NCBI GenBank assembly: GCA_050010755.1
Contig: JBEKKK010000001.1
Location: 576,001-640,000 of the forward strand
Length of the DNA: 64,000 nt
Direction of reading: 5' to 3'
Source: Candidatus Bathyarchaeia archaeon
Lineage (GTDB): Archaea > Thermoproteota > Bathyarchaeia > Bathyarchaeales > Bathycorpusculaceae
Below, one piece after another: positions 9,951-19,674 of the stretch. The notes under the pieces are model-generated. The model made no database searches and was not told the origin of the DNA. It saw only the letters and a list, made by a program, of their open reading frames with translations. Both the position numbers and the translations under genes were made by a program. Positions within the stretch are counted from its first letter, which is position 1; each line of letters starts with the position of its first letter.

Positions 9951-10623
9951 CCTCTTTTACAACATCCAAAGCGTTCCCTATTATAAACATCTCGGGTCCC
10001 GTTGTTAGGAGACCAGCAATGGCGGCATGGCTGTTTGCGATAAGACCCGTTCCAACATAGGGAATTCCGCAGTTTATCGTGCCAACGTCGACTGGAACTT
10101 TCAACACGTCTTCCAAAGTTTTTCTTTCAGACTCCTTCAACAAAGGATGCGCCAAAACGCCTTTGTTCGTAGCTACTGCCAAGGAGCCGACATAGGGCAG
10201 GCCCGCAATTTCACTCTGAACCGTCTCAACGCACAGGGTCTCAGACACCGTCTGCACTTCCGAACTTTTCAAGCGTGGATCAGCGATGGCGCCGTGATCG
10301 TTTGCCAGAACAAGGTTTCCATAGGCGGTTTTTCTGGTTTCCATTATCGTTACGTTTCCTTCAAAGACGCTTCTTATGCTTTGAAGCTCCTCTTCTCGGA
10401 CGAAGCTGGGCAGAAGGATTCCGTTTGAATTTGCATATGCGAGTGCACCGGCAAGGACTGAGCCGCCTATCGCCGTTTGTATCAGCTTGACTCTCAACCA
10501 TTGGCTGAGTCTCTCAGCCTTTTTTGTCGGCACAGATTTTGGGACTATAAGCATCTTTTCTGTCGCTAGTGAATAGACACCTAAGCTTGGGCTTCCGATG
10601 AGACTCGATAGGTAAATGGCCAA
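9916..10623 (-). CDS. eif6: Translation initiation factor 6
   Basis: GNLVLANDHGA, GTINCG, TTGPE. Confidence 0.95.
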   Translation of the reverse strand: MAIYLSSLIGSPSLGVYSLATEKMLIVPKSVPTKKAERLSQWLRVKLIQTAIGGSVLAGALAYANSNGILLPSFVREEELQSIRSVFEGNVTIMETRKTAYGNLVLANDHGAIADPRLKSSEVQTVSETLCVETVQSEIAGLPYVGSLAVATNKGVLAHPLLKESERKTLEDVLKVPVDVGTINCGIPYVGTGLIANSHAAIAGLLTTGPEMFIIGNALDVVKEDEQIESFQSNR

Positions 10624-10626
10624 GGA

Positions 10627-11124
10627 TTAATCTCCTTCGGCCAGATAAACTGTAATATTGCCGTCCTTGTCTTTTGCAGCTCTTACCCGAATTTTCCTCG
10701 GAGGCTTCTCTACGCCTCTAGTCCAGACTCTCTCGTTTACTTCGTTACTGATGATGAGTTTTGGAAGCTCTTCTTCCTCTTCTTCTTCCTCTTTTTTGGC
10801 TCCCAGCTTCATGTGTTTTGTTATGAAGGCTCTGATCATCCGCATCGCTCTTGGCGTTCTTTTTCTGGGCGGCATAATCCAGGCCTTCCCGAGTGGAATC
10901 GTGTAGATTCTTTCTTCAACTATTTCTTCTTCCTTGGGCTTCTCCTCCCGTAAGGGCGGCTTGACTTCTTCCTCTACGGGAACCTGCACCTCTTCCTCCT
11001 TTTCTTCAACCTCTGGAGCCTGTTCTAGAGTTTCTTCTTCTGCTGTCTTCTCTTCGAGTGTCTGTTCAGAAGTTTCAGTCTTTTCTTCTTCTTGTTCAGT
11101 TTCCTCGGTTTTCTGTTCTTCCAT
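10627..11124 (-). CDS. rpl31e: 50S ribosomal protein L31e with acidic N-terminal extension
   Basis: ERIYTIPL, VNERVWTRG..KPPRKIRV; likely start MEEQK at 11124. Confidence 0.93.
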   Translation of the reverse strand: MEEQKTEETEQEEEKTETSEQTLEEKTAEEETLEQAPEVEEKEEEVQVPVEEEVKPPLREEKPKEEEIVEERIYTIPLGKAWIMPPRKRTPRAMRMIRAFITKHMKLGAKKEEEEEEEELPKLIISNEVNERVWTRGVEKPPRKIRVRAAKDKDGNITVYLAEGD

Positions 11125-11156
11125 TTTGCTCTCCTCTTCCGTCAAAGCTTTCCCTG

Positions 11157-11312
11157 CTAGGCCCTGATTTTCCTCTCTCGCCACTGTCTTCTCTTGGGAT
11201 GGTCTCTGAATTTGCCTCCTGATCGAGCCATGACCCATGTTGGCACTGGTTTCTTCTCCTTTCCTGCTTTTGCAAGCCTGCGTTTCTTTGCGGCTGGTTT
11301 GTTACGAGTCAT
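11157..11312 (-). CDS. rpl39e: 50S ribosomal protein L39e
   Basis: Below the ORF-track cutoff; manual translation MTRNKPAAKKRRLAKAGKEKKPVPTWVMARSGGKFRDHPKRRQWRERKIRA (51 aa). Confidence 0.93.
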   Translation of the reverse strand: MTRNKPAAKKRRLAKAGKEKKPVPTWVMARSGGKFRDHPKRRQWRERKIRA

Positions 11313-11314
11313 CT

Positions 11315-11653
11315 TTATCTCCTTCTGATTGTTGTTTCTCGCTTGCGCGATTGAAGCTGGGTCAGTATTTTCTTGAGCTGGTCATCCGCCAACGGGATCG
11401 GTATTTTTCCTTGTTGTGCCAACTGGATAAGCTGCAGTTCTAGTTGATTTGTGAATTCAGGCTTAACCATTTTCAGGTTCGCCAGTCTCTGCCTGGCCTC
11501 GGGCGATAATATGTTTCTCAGCAATGCCTGTTTTTGCTGTTCCAGCTGTTGCTCCATCTGGGCGCTTCTCTGCTCGTCCGACGCCTGTCTCTGAAGCGCT
11601 GAGAGTTTTCTTCTGCGGAGCTCTTCCAGTTCTTCATCTGACATTTCACTCAC
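11315..11653 (-). CDS. PDCD5-like DNA-binding protein
   Basis: DEELEELRRRK, LSPEARQRL, KPE motifs. Confidence 0.93.
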   Translation of the reverse strand: MSEMSDEELEELRRRKLSALQRQASDEQRSAQMEQQLEQQKQALLRNILSPEARQRLANLKMVKPEFTNQLELQLIQLAQQGKIPIPLADDQLKKILTQLQSRKRETTIRRR

Positions 11654-12113
11654 CTTTTTGGTATCTCTCCATTTCTGGAAGATCCTTCACCAGTTCTTTG
11701 CCCAGCTCTTGAGCGAGTTCCCGCAGAAGTTTTCTTCCCTCTCGTGTTGATCTTCTTCCGCGGGGTTTGAACGTTTCAATGTAACCGGCAGCTTCCAACT
11801 GTTGAAGTGCTTTTCTCACTATTGAGCCGCCTGCTTTGGCTGCGTGACTAGGTTTGACTCCGTAGTTCTTTCTGCCGCCGTAGTCGGCTCTGAGTTTTTC
11901 AATACCAATCGGGCCGTGGATGTAGATTTTTCTCAGCAACGAAGCGGATCTCACGTACCACCAGTCTGGATCCTGTGGCTGCTTTTCAACATGCGTCCCT
12001 GTCTTTACCATGCTTGCCCATGCCGGCGGAGTTACAGCATCCACGTTTTCTTTCAGGTATTTTGCTAGTTTTTTTATGAGCATGGACGCTGGAACATCGT
12101 TAGGGGTTATCAA
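11646..12113 (-). CDS. rps19e: 30S ribosomal protein S19e
   Basis: PAWASMVKTG, DWWYVRSAS, YGGRK. Confidence 0.97.
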   Translation of the reverse strand: MITPNDVPASMLIKKLAKYLKENVDAVTPPAWASMVKTGTHVEKQPQDPDWWYVRSASLLRKIYIHGPIGIEKLRADYGGRKNYGVKPSHAAKAGGSIVRKALQQLEAAGYIETFKPRGRRSTREGRKLLRELAQELGKELVKDLPEMERYQKGE

Positions 12114-12234
12114 GACTATTTGTCCTCTTGGCGTTTCTCAGTAAAATCATGAAGCCTCATATAAATCTTCTTTGGACGAAGACTTCAGTGCGCTAAGCAC
12201 TTCAAAGGCTATGATAGGTCCGATTGCACCAGTA

Positions 12235-13749
12235 CTAGATGGCTAGCTTCACAGTTGGCAAGAATTCGGGGGGCTTGCGAACCCTCGTTGCTTGTTCAAA
12301 CGCGTAAGCCAATCTGACAAGCGTCGGCTCTTGCCATGCTTTCGCAAAGAATGAGATGCCGACTGGCAAACCGAAGATGTATCCTGCAGGCACCGTGACG
12401 TGCGGATACCCTGCCACTGCAGGAGGCCTTGTGCAATCCATGTCCCAGTTGGAAGCGTCGCCATTGACCAGATCAATCGGCCATGATGGGCCTCCGGATG
12501 GAACTGCAATGGCATCGAGTTTGTATTTTCGCATTGTCGCGTCAATGCCTTCCTTACGTGCTAGGCGATGGTTCCTTGCAAGTGCATCGCGATATTTCTT
12601 GTCTTGTAGTGAGTCTTTCTTTTGTGCTATTTCCATATGTTCTTGACCGAAGTAGGGCATCACACGTTCTCTGTTTTTTTGATTGAATTCGATGATTTCT
12701 GCCAGTGTTTTCACGCGAGCCTTCGTTTCCGCCAAATACTTGTTCAGATCCGCCTTGAACTCGAAATGCAAGACTTCCAGTTCGGTCGTGCCGAATTTCT
12801 TGAAGTTCGACATGTTGGCCGGGTCAACGATTACTGCCCCCTTTTGCTTCATCACGTCGAGGCATGACTCGAAAATCCTGATTATGCGTTTGTCGGTTCC
12901 TATCATTTTTCTCGGAACGCCGATCCGCGCGCCGTTGAGGCCATTCTTGTCAAGGAACTGAGTGTAGTCTCTGAGCGCTTGCTTCCCGCTGGGTCTGGTA
13001 GCTGGGTCTCTTGCATCGACTCCTGTAAGTGCTCCTAGAAGAATTGCCGTATCTGCAACTGTGCGTGCCATGGGGCCCGCTGTGTCCTGGCTGTGGGCGA
13101 TAGGAATAATTCCGCTTCGACTCCACAAGCCAAGGGTGGGTTTGATTCCGACGATGCTGTTTGTTTGGCTCGGGCAGATAATGGAGCCGTCAGTCTCTGT
13201 GCCGATTGCCGCTGGGCACAGGTTTGCTGCCGCTGCAACGGCTGAACCTGATGACGAACCGCATGCGGAACGGTCAAGGGCGTAGGGGTTGCGGGTTAGT
13301 CCGCCGCGAGACGACCACCCGCTGATAGAGCGTTTGCCTCGAAAGTTGGCCCATTCGCTCAGGTTAGTCTTGCCAAGTATGATCGCTCCTGCCGAACGCA
13401 GTTTTCTGACTATGAACGCGTCGAGAGGCGGAATGTGGCCTTCGAGCGCGAGTGAACCGGCTGTGGTCTGCATTCGGTCATGCGTGCCAATGTTGTCTTT
13501 GATGAGAATGGGAATGCCATGGAGGGGTCCTCGAGTTTTGCCGTTGCGCCGCTCATCGTCGAGTGAAGAAGCGATGGCCAAGGCGTCAGGGTTCGTCTCG
13601 ATTATAGAGTTGATCCTCGGGCCATTCTTGTCCACTGCTTCAATCCTCTCCAGATACAACTGAGCGAGGTCGCGCGACGTCATCTCGCCTGTGTTCATCA
13701 TTGATTGTAATTCGGCAATCGTATATTCCTTCAATTCCATTCTCTCCAC
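12235..13749 (-). CDS. Amidase-signature family amidase
   Basis: IKDN, GSSSGS and GTETDGSI catalytic motifs. Confidence 0.92.
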   Translation of the reverse strand: MERMELKEYTIAELQSMMNTGEMTSRDLAQLYLERIEAVDKNGPRINSIIETNPDALAIASSLDDERRNGKTRGPLHGIPILIKDNIGTHDRMQTTAGSLALEGHIPPLDAFIVRKLRSAGAIILGKTNLSEWANFRGKRSISGWSSRGGLTRNPYALDRSACGSSSGSAVAAAANLCPAAIGTETDGSIICPSQTNSIVGIKPTLGLWSRSGIIPIAHSQDTAGPMARTVADTAILLGALTGVDARDPATRPSGKQALRDYTQFLDKNGLNGARIGVPRKMIGTDKRIIRIFESCLDVMKQKGAVIVDPANMSNFKKFGTTELEVLHFEFKADLNKYLAETKARVKTLAEIIEFNQKNRERVMPYFGQEHMEIAQKKDSLQDKKYRDALARNHRLARKEGIDATMRKYKLDAIAVPSGGPSWPIDLVNGDASNWDMDCTRPPAVAGYPHVTVPAGYIFGLPVGISFFAKAWQEPTLVRLAYAFEQATRVRKPPEFLPTVKLAI

Positions 13750-14193
13750 CAGTTATCTAGTGTTCCAACTGGAGCTATGTTTCATTTTTTCCTTCTTAAG
13801 CGTTGGTACGGTGTCAAATCGGTTTCGTCCAGTTGCGTTACGAATTTGCCCGAAACACAGATACAGCCTGGCGGGTAAGCGGGTTCTTAATTTTTGCTTC
13901 AGACTGGAATTGGAGAGGATGTGTGTTTCAAATTTTCCTTCATGGACGCGTAGAGGTTCTAGTGTGCGCCAACGGCCTCCCCCCTCGGTCTACGATATGA
14001 TCCAAATATGATTTAGAGAGAACGCTCATTTCGTCCATGGCTCTTTGAGCTTTTGTTCGACCCAACGTCATGATAGATCATGGCCTTGAAACAGCACGAT
14101 TGCTTTGTCGGTGAACTTTCAATTTTATCTTGTCCTAGTGATCAAGCAACGTAGTTTGGGAACAGACTTGGCCCCGCCTATTGCGTAGTGAAA

Positions 14194-15351
14194 TTAGCGA
14201 CCTTGTGTCGTTTCGGGTTCAGGTTGGCTATTCGTGTTCTTGCTTAGATACTTGGTAGAAAGAAGGTATAGCGGGATCGGCAGAAGCGACACTGCGCTGA
14301 GAACTGTGAAGTACGAGGTGTAATCATGGTTGGTTATGAAAATGTATGTGGGAATCAGGTTTGTAATTCTGCCTGTCATGAGGCCGACTTCCATCATGAC
14401 TAGGATGCTGGCGTGGTATTCTCTTGGGAAACTGTCGCCGTAGCAAGCGAACCAAGAGAGGGCGAAGGCTGCGGCCAATCCCGACAAGACGGAAAGGAGG
14501 ACTAGCTGAGAAATGGTTGTTGCGAACCGGAGGGCAAAGTACCACGCAGCGTATAGTATTGAGCTTATGATGGCGAATCTGACGCGTGATCCTCTGATGT
14601 CGGACAGCCTGTTTATTCCGATGTTCAGCAGCGTTATTATGAGGGAGCTCGCGGCGATTACGAGGCCCATGGAGACTATTGTTGAAGAGATGCTGAGCAC
14701 GAAGAAGGGGTAAGCGAGCCAGTATGATTCGGTCAGGCCGAGCAAAAAGAAGGTGAGCATGAAGATTTTGAATGCGTTGTTCTTCGGTGCTAGGAACTTC
14801 TGCCTCTCTGGCTTGAAGTGTATTCGCAGGGACACGGCGAATGAGGCGAGAAAAAGGATTATCGACATGGCGAAGAGGTAGACGAAACCGTACTCTTGAA
14901 TTATGAATCCTCCGATGGCAGGACTGATAACTCCTGCTATCCCAGGTATGACTACGGACAGCAGACTGATTAGAATCGCGCGCTGTTTGGTTTCGCTCAG
15001 TCTGAACATCAGCAGGTTGAAGCTTGGCCAAAAGGTTCCCAGGCTAACTCCATAGGCCAATCCGAGAAGAACCGGGTTTTTCACGTATATTAGAGCGACA
15101 TAAAAGAGAAGCGTCAGGATGATGCCTATGCTGATTATTCTCTCGAAATGCTTTGTGATCCTGATCGTTAGCACGGGGATGAGCCCGACAGTGATGAAGG
15201 TAAAAAATAGAATGACCACTATGGATGGGATGCTCATTCCTAATGATTCTTTGAAGTATATCGGCAGAAACGTTCCAGACAACGAGGTGGTGAAAAAGAA
15301 TAACGAGACGGTGATTGCCAGTAATCTGGTGGAACTTTCATCGGACGACAT
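14194..15351 (-). CDS. MFS transporter
   Basis: About 12 hydrophobic segments; NRLSDIRG loop. Confidence 0.8.
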   Translation of the reverse strand: MSSDESSTRLLAITVSLFFFTTSLSGTFLPIYFKESLGMSIPSIVVILFFTFITVGLIPVLTIRITKHFERIISIGIILTLLFYVALIYVKNPVLLGLAYGVSLGTFWPSFNLLMFRLSETKQRAILISLLSVVIPGIAGVISPAIGGFIIQEYGFVYLFAMSIILFLASFAVSLRIHFKPERQKFLAPKNNAFKIFMLTFFLLGLTESYWLAYPFFVLSISSTIVSMGLVIAASSLIITLLNIGINRLSDIRGSRVRFAIISSILYAAWYFALRFATTISQLVLLSVLSGLAAAFALSWFACYGDSFPREYHASILVMMEVGLMTGRITNLIPTYIFITNHDYTSYFTVLSAVSLLPIPLYLLSTKYLSKNTNSQPEPETTQGR

Positions 15352-15558
15352 GAGGCCTTAGCCCGTAGATAACCAGTGTTATCCTTATATGCTGAACATG
15401 TTCACTTCGCGCGCTAGAATAAGGATGGCCGTTCCAATGAACGGTTGGACGCGATGGCGAGTCTCAGAATCCGCGACGCTTTCCGTCATTTCGATAGAAT
15501 GCTTGACTCAGCACAATCTGTTAATTTGTTCGATTGTGCGTAGAAAAACCTTTTAAAC

Positions 15559-17214
15559 ATGCAAAACCCAACGAAGATAGGAGTGCTGATTCTTTTGGCG
15601 AGAAAATTAATCATTGTTTTCGGCATGATTCTTGTCCTTCTTGCGGCAAACCGATCGTTCTCCATCGTCAATTCAGTGGTTGTGAATGGACCCATTTTCA
15701 TCCAGCAAGATGGATCGGTCGAACCTATCTCGGCCCCAATTCAACGGAACGGGGACATATACACTCTGACGGACGATGTTGCGAGTTTTTCCGACGGGAT
15801 TGTCATCGAAATAGACGGCATCACTCTGGATGGTGCAGGCCACACTGTTCAGGGCATCGTCAATTCCAGCGCTCCTTCAACCAATGAAACGACTGGGATT
15901 AACCTGACTGGACAGAGTAACGTAACGATTGAGAACACCAACGTGATGGGGTTTACCGACGGGATAATGCTTTCGGCCTCAAACAACCTCGAAAACGTGT
16001 CAAACTTCAACACCATAGTTGGAAACAATTTGACGAGTGACGGAAATGGAATCATTCTGGCGCCCTCGAATGGCAGTGAAATTCTCTCAAATGACATTTC
16101 GGATAATGGGGTTGGCATCAGCGTGTCCGATTTTTCCATGAATAACAGTATCGGTACGAACACTTTGACAGGCAATCCTCTGGGCATATTTTTGAACGAT
16201 TCGGAAAACAATTACGTTTACGCGAACAGCGTTTCGAGCATGTATGACAGTATATGGCTGGACGGATCCTCGAACAACAGTTTGACTCTTAACACTGTTT
16301 CGACCGCGTATTATGGAAACGGCATAATTCTCCTTGACTCCTCGAACTACAACGCGATTGTTGGAAACGATGTTACAAACTGCGACGAGGGCCTCAGCCT
16401 CAGAAGTTCTTCAAACTTTGGCATCCTCGTGGGAAACACTATTGAAGGCAATTTTCGGGGACTCGAAAACATCGGTTCGTCAAACGACACCATCGCTCGA
16501 AACGATATTTCAAACAGCGGATGGTTTAACTTCCGTCTGTCAGGATGCTCCGGCGACCTTGTCTACGAAAACAGCATAACGGGAAACGCGATTTCAATAT
16601 GGCTGGCCTCTTCCTCGAACAACTCATTCTACCACAACTTCATAGGAAGTACCGATGTGACCCTCGTGCCCCCCAACAGCAACACATGGGACGATGGGTA
16701 TCCTTCTGGCGGAAACTACTGGGTCGGAGCCAACTTGACAGACCGGTTCAGCGGCGCTTACCAGACCATTACTGGAAGCGATGGAATTTGTGACTCTCCA
16801 GTCGTTCTCAACGCAAACAACACTGACCGCTATCCATTAGCGGGGCCCTTCTACTCTTTCAACGCGACGTCTGAGCATTATGTTCAAATCTTGAGTAACT
16901 CTACGATTTCGAACTTCCGTTTCAACGGCACCGCGATTCTGTTTGACATGACTGGAGAAAACGGGACTGACGGTTTTTGCAGAATCTCCATTCCATTGGA
17001 TATGATGAGTGGGCCCTTCAGCGTTTTCGTGAACGGGACACAAGTCACCTTTGCACTGATACCAAATTCCAACGATTCGCTAGGCTACTTGTACTTTTCT
17101 CTCCACTTCTCAACACAAGAGATTACAGTGATCCCGGAATACTCGGCCGGTGTGCTGGTCATTTCATTAATGCTCGTTGCCCTGGCGGTTCTCGTTCATA
17201 AGAAAAGACGTTAG
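15559..17214 (+). CDS. Secreted NosD/right-handed beta-helix surface protein with PEF-CTERM-like tail
   Basis: Asn-rich PbH1 repeats, WDDGYPSGGNYW, C-terminal IPEY + TM + KKRR. Confidence 0.85.
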   Translation: MQNPTKIGVLILLARKLIIVFGMILVLLAANRSFSIVNSVVVNGPIFIQQDGSVEPISAPIQRNGDIYTLTDDVASFSDGIVIEIDGITLDGAGHTVQGIVNSSAPSTNETTGINLTGQSNVTIENTNVMGFTDGIMLSASNNLENVSNFNTIVGNNLTSDGNGIILAPSNGSEILSNDISDNGVGISVSDFSMNNSIGTNTLTGNPLGIFLNDSENNYVYANSVSSMYDSIWLDGSSNNSLTLNTVSTAYYGNGIILLDSSNYNAIVGNDVTNCDEGLSLRSSSNFGILVGNTIEGNFRGLENIGSSNDTIARNDISNSGWFNFRLSGCSGDLVYENSITGNAISIWLASSSNNSFYHNFIGSTDVTLVPPNSNTWDDGYPSGGNYWVGANLTDRFSGAYQTITGSDGICDSPVVLNANNTDRYPLAGPFYSFNATSEHYVQILSNSTISNFRFNGTAILFDMTGENGTDGFCRISIPLDMMSGPFSVFVNGTQVTFALIPNSNDSLGYLYFSLHFSTQEITVIPEYSAGVLVISLMLVALAVLVHKKRR

Positions 17215-17365
17215 CTTTGTCACGTTCGCGTGTGCGAGTGCGTTGCCTCCATTATTGTTACAATCGTTTGGTTACGAGAAAAAGGAGCTAACAGCAAGCT
17301 AACAGCCCACGCTTTGCGCAAGGCAGGCTTCTAATCTGGCTTCGAATTTACAACTACGGGTTCAG

Positions 17366-17668
17366 TTATTTTTTGCGCCTGAGAAAATTGGTCTTCGACT
17401 TTTCTGCTTCTGCTTTCTCTGCACTGGAATGTGGCTGCGGGTCTTCGCAGGAAGTTTGTCCAGGCTCAGTTTTCGGAGGATCCATTGCCTCTACTCCAAG
17501 GAGTGTCCTCAATGATTCCACCTCTTCCCTTAGCATGCCTACTTCGCTTTCCAGGGCTCTAGTCTTGGATTCAGCCAACTTCTTGAGCTCTTCGATTTCT
17601 AGAAGAAGATTATTTTTTTCAGAGTCTAAGGTTTTAATCTTCTCCGTTATAATTCTGAGACTGCTCAA
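17366..17668 (-). CDS. Hypothetical coiled-coil protein
   Basis: Heptad-rich N-terminal half; TTG start. Confidence 0.6.
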   Translation of the reverse strand: MSSLRIITEKIKTLDSEKNNLLLEIEELKKLAESKTRALESEVGMLREEVESLRTLLGVEAMDPPKTEPGQTSCEDPQPHSSAEKAEAEKSKTNFLRRKK

Positions 17669-17901
17669 CTCTCTTCTCCCAGTTTTTTGAAACGACCATC
17701 GTTTTTAAACATTTCTGAACAAATCTTATAGTACTAATCTCTATTCTGAACATGTCTGTTACAAAAAAATAACGAAAGACAGTTTCGTTTCAGGTTTGCC
17801 AATTCTTCGCGTGCCCGAGAGAGAACAAGGCCTTGAATCGATTAGCATGAGAGAGCAGGGTTGAGTTCGCTTTTGGACGCGTTGAGTTTCCTTGGAGGCT
17901 T

Positions 17902-18183
17902 TCATTTTTTGTCGGATTTGTATAGCATGAACGTGTGGCCTCTAACCTCAACCAATGAAGCTTCTGTTTGCTCAGCAATCTTCATGGCAACCTGCTTTGC
18001 CTCTTCATTGGCAAGGGCGCTTTTCAAGATCCTAACCTTAACCATTTCTTTTCTCTTCAACTGTTTCTCGATTTCATCTATTGCGTCCTTTGAAGCGCCG
18101 TTCTTGCCAACGCACACCGTGGGCCTTCCTTGGGCAAGCCTGCTCTTAACGTGCCGTTTCCTTGCAACAGTCACTTTGCTCAC
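17902..18183 (-). CDS. yhbY: YhbY/CRM-domain RNA-binding protein
   Basis: PTVCVGKNG, EMVKV, VRGHTFMLYK; GTG start overlaps the rnp4 stop. Confidence 0.9.
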   Translation of the reverse strand: MSKVTVARKRHVKSRLAQGRPTVCVGKNGASKDAIDEIEKQLKRKEMVKVRILKSALANEEAKQVAMKIAEQTEASLVEVRGHTFMLYKSDKK

Positions 18184-18503
18184 TGCTCTCTCCTTCGTTC
18201 TTTTCTTGAAATGGGAATTCGCATCTGTTTCCCGCAGTTGAAACAGGTAATCACGACGTGCGGTTCTCTCAGCTGCTTTACTCGCACGCGACAGTTGACG
18301 CCTGGCAGGATGAAGCTCTTGCAGCTCCTGCAGATTTGGCGTCTGTACCGTGTCGGTAGGCGGATCTTTGCCGCCATCGCAATTCTTCTTGCTACATTCA
18401 CGTATCGTTGGGCCAAGGCTGGATCTTGATTCAGAGTTTCTTCTGCCAAGTCGAAAAGCGTTCGGACTCGTTGTCTCGCAATGCTTTTGATGTTGTCGTT
18501 CAT
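18180..18503 (-). CDS. rnp4: Ribonuclease P protein component 4 (Rpp21)
   Basis: IARQRV, LAQRYV, CRSC..LPG, CFNCG zinc ribbon. Confidence 0.94.
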   Translation of the reverse strand: MNDNIKSIARQRVRTLFDLAEETLNQDPALAQRYVNVARRIAMAAKIRLPTRYRRQICRSCKSFILPGVNCRVRVKQLREPHVVITCFNCGKQMRIPISRKERRREQ

Positions 18504-18755
18504 CTGCCATTCATCTCCGCCGAGTCTCTGCTCAACGCATCTGACATGGATGCCCTTCTAATGTAAACGTTTCTCAGAAAAGCTTCTTTTTGGCGCACGA
18601 CCCTTGGTTAATCTTGGGGCTTTAGAGTATTAAATATCTTGTTGAACTTTGGCGTTTCGTCTGGAGGCGCGTTCGCCTTGATTTTGGGGTTTTGTTATCG
18701 GTTTATTGCTTCTTGAGGTTTAATGTTTATATGTTCTAGTGTCCAAGATTCTTTC

Positions 18756-19643
18756 ATGCAGCGTAGACGTAAGAAGTCTCATAATCTTAGGAATGCATTA
18801 GTCGTTTTGATTGTTTTTGTCGTTATCATTAGTGTGGTTGTTGCGGAATATCAAATGCGTGGGGCGGGTTCTCCGACGTATTCCGCTTTCTCAGCCACTT
18901 CAACGACCGCGGGTTCAGCTTGCACTTTCAGTGTTCTGTGGTCGGATAGCATGAACGTTAGCGGCTACATTTTCGGAACGAACAACACAGGTGCCTTTGT
19001 TAATGACACTTGGACGCCTTTCTACGATTTCCTGAATCAGACTTTCGCTTATTCTAGGGTGACTGAAACGTTGGACAGTAATATCGGCGATGTTGTCAGC
19101 TGGGGTTTCTGGTGCAACGGGACTGGCAACCGTTGGAGTGAGTTTCCATTACAAATTTTTTACGTCATGTCGGACAAGGTCCTCCTCAATACAAACATGG
19201 GAAACATTACGATTCTGTTGTTTGACGACATGCCCATAACAACGGGAAACTTCAAAAACCTGACGAGAATAGGAAGGTATGACGGGACAAACTTTACTCG
19301 GATCGTTCCGGGTTTTGTTATTCAGGGAGGAGATTCTTCGGCTAAGCCGGGACAAGTGGACAACATTACTGACGAGCTTCCTAACAAACACAGTAACCTG
19401 CAGGGCTATGTGGCTATGGCGAAAACAAGCGCGGCCAACTCTGCAACGGACCAGTTTTTCATTAACTTGGGCGATAACTCTGCCACCTTGGATAGCAACT
19501 ACTCGGTGTTTGGCCAAGTGATATCGGGAATGGATGTCGTGGACGCGATTAGCAATTTGGTGCCTTCATCGGCTAATGCTACTGGGTACGACGGCCCACC
19601 CTCGGTACCCGTTACGATCAATTCAGCGCAGTTTGTCAACTAG
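18756..19643 (+). CDS. Membrane-anchored cyclophilin-type peptidyl-prolyl isomerase
   Basis: Basic N-terminus + TM, beta-rich spacer domain, RIVPGFVIQGG, AMA, QFFIN, YSVFGQV. Confidence 0.88.
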   Translation: MQRRRKKSHNLRNALVVLIVFVVIISVVVAEYQMRGAGSPTYSAFSATSTTAGSACTFSVLWSDSMNVSGYIFGTNNTGAFVNDTWTPFYDFLNQTFAYSRVTETLDSNIGDVVSWGFWCNGTGNRWSEFPLQIFYVMSDKVLLNTNMGNITILLFDDMPITTGNFKNLTRIGRYDGTNFTRIVPGFVIQGGDSSAKPGQVDNITDELPNKHSNLQGYVAMAKTSAANSATDQFFINLGDNSATLDSNYSVFGQVISGMDVVDAISNLVPSSANATGYDGPPSVPVTINSAQFVN

Positions 19644-19674
19644 GGAAGTCACGAATCGGATTTGAGGTTGTTAA

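Noticed and set aside
10627-11238. 203-aa L31e starting at 11238
   Set aside because: Overlaps rpl39e; the ATG at 11124 fits better
12235-13749. Amidase as GatA
   Set aside because: No gatB/gatC nearby; KTNLSEWANFR and GTETDGS fit the general amidase subfamily
13750-14193. Short ORFs or a pseudogene between the amidase and MFS genes
   Set aside because: No recognisable motifs in the frames I translated
14324-15031. 235-aa alternative-frame ORF and the many antisense ORFs in the track
   Set aside because: Shadow ORFs over well-supported genes, with no protein-like motifs
17902-18510. 202-aa ORF as a long YhbY fusion
   Set aside because: The upstream part overlaps rnp4 in another frame; the real start is probably GTG at 18183
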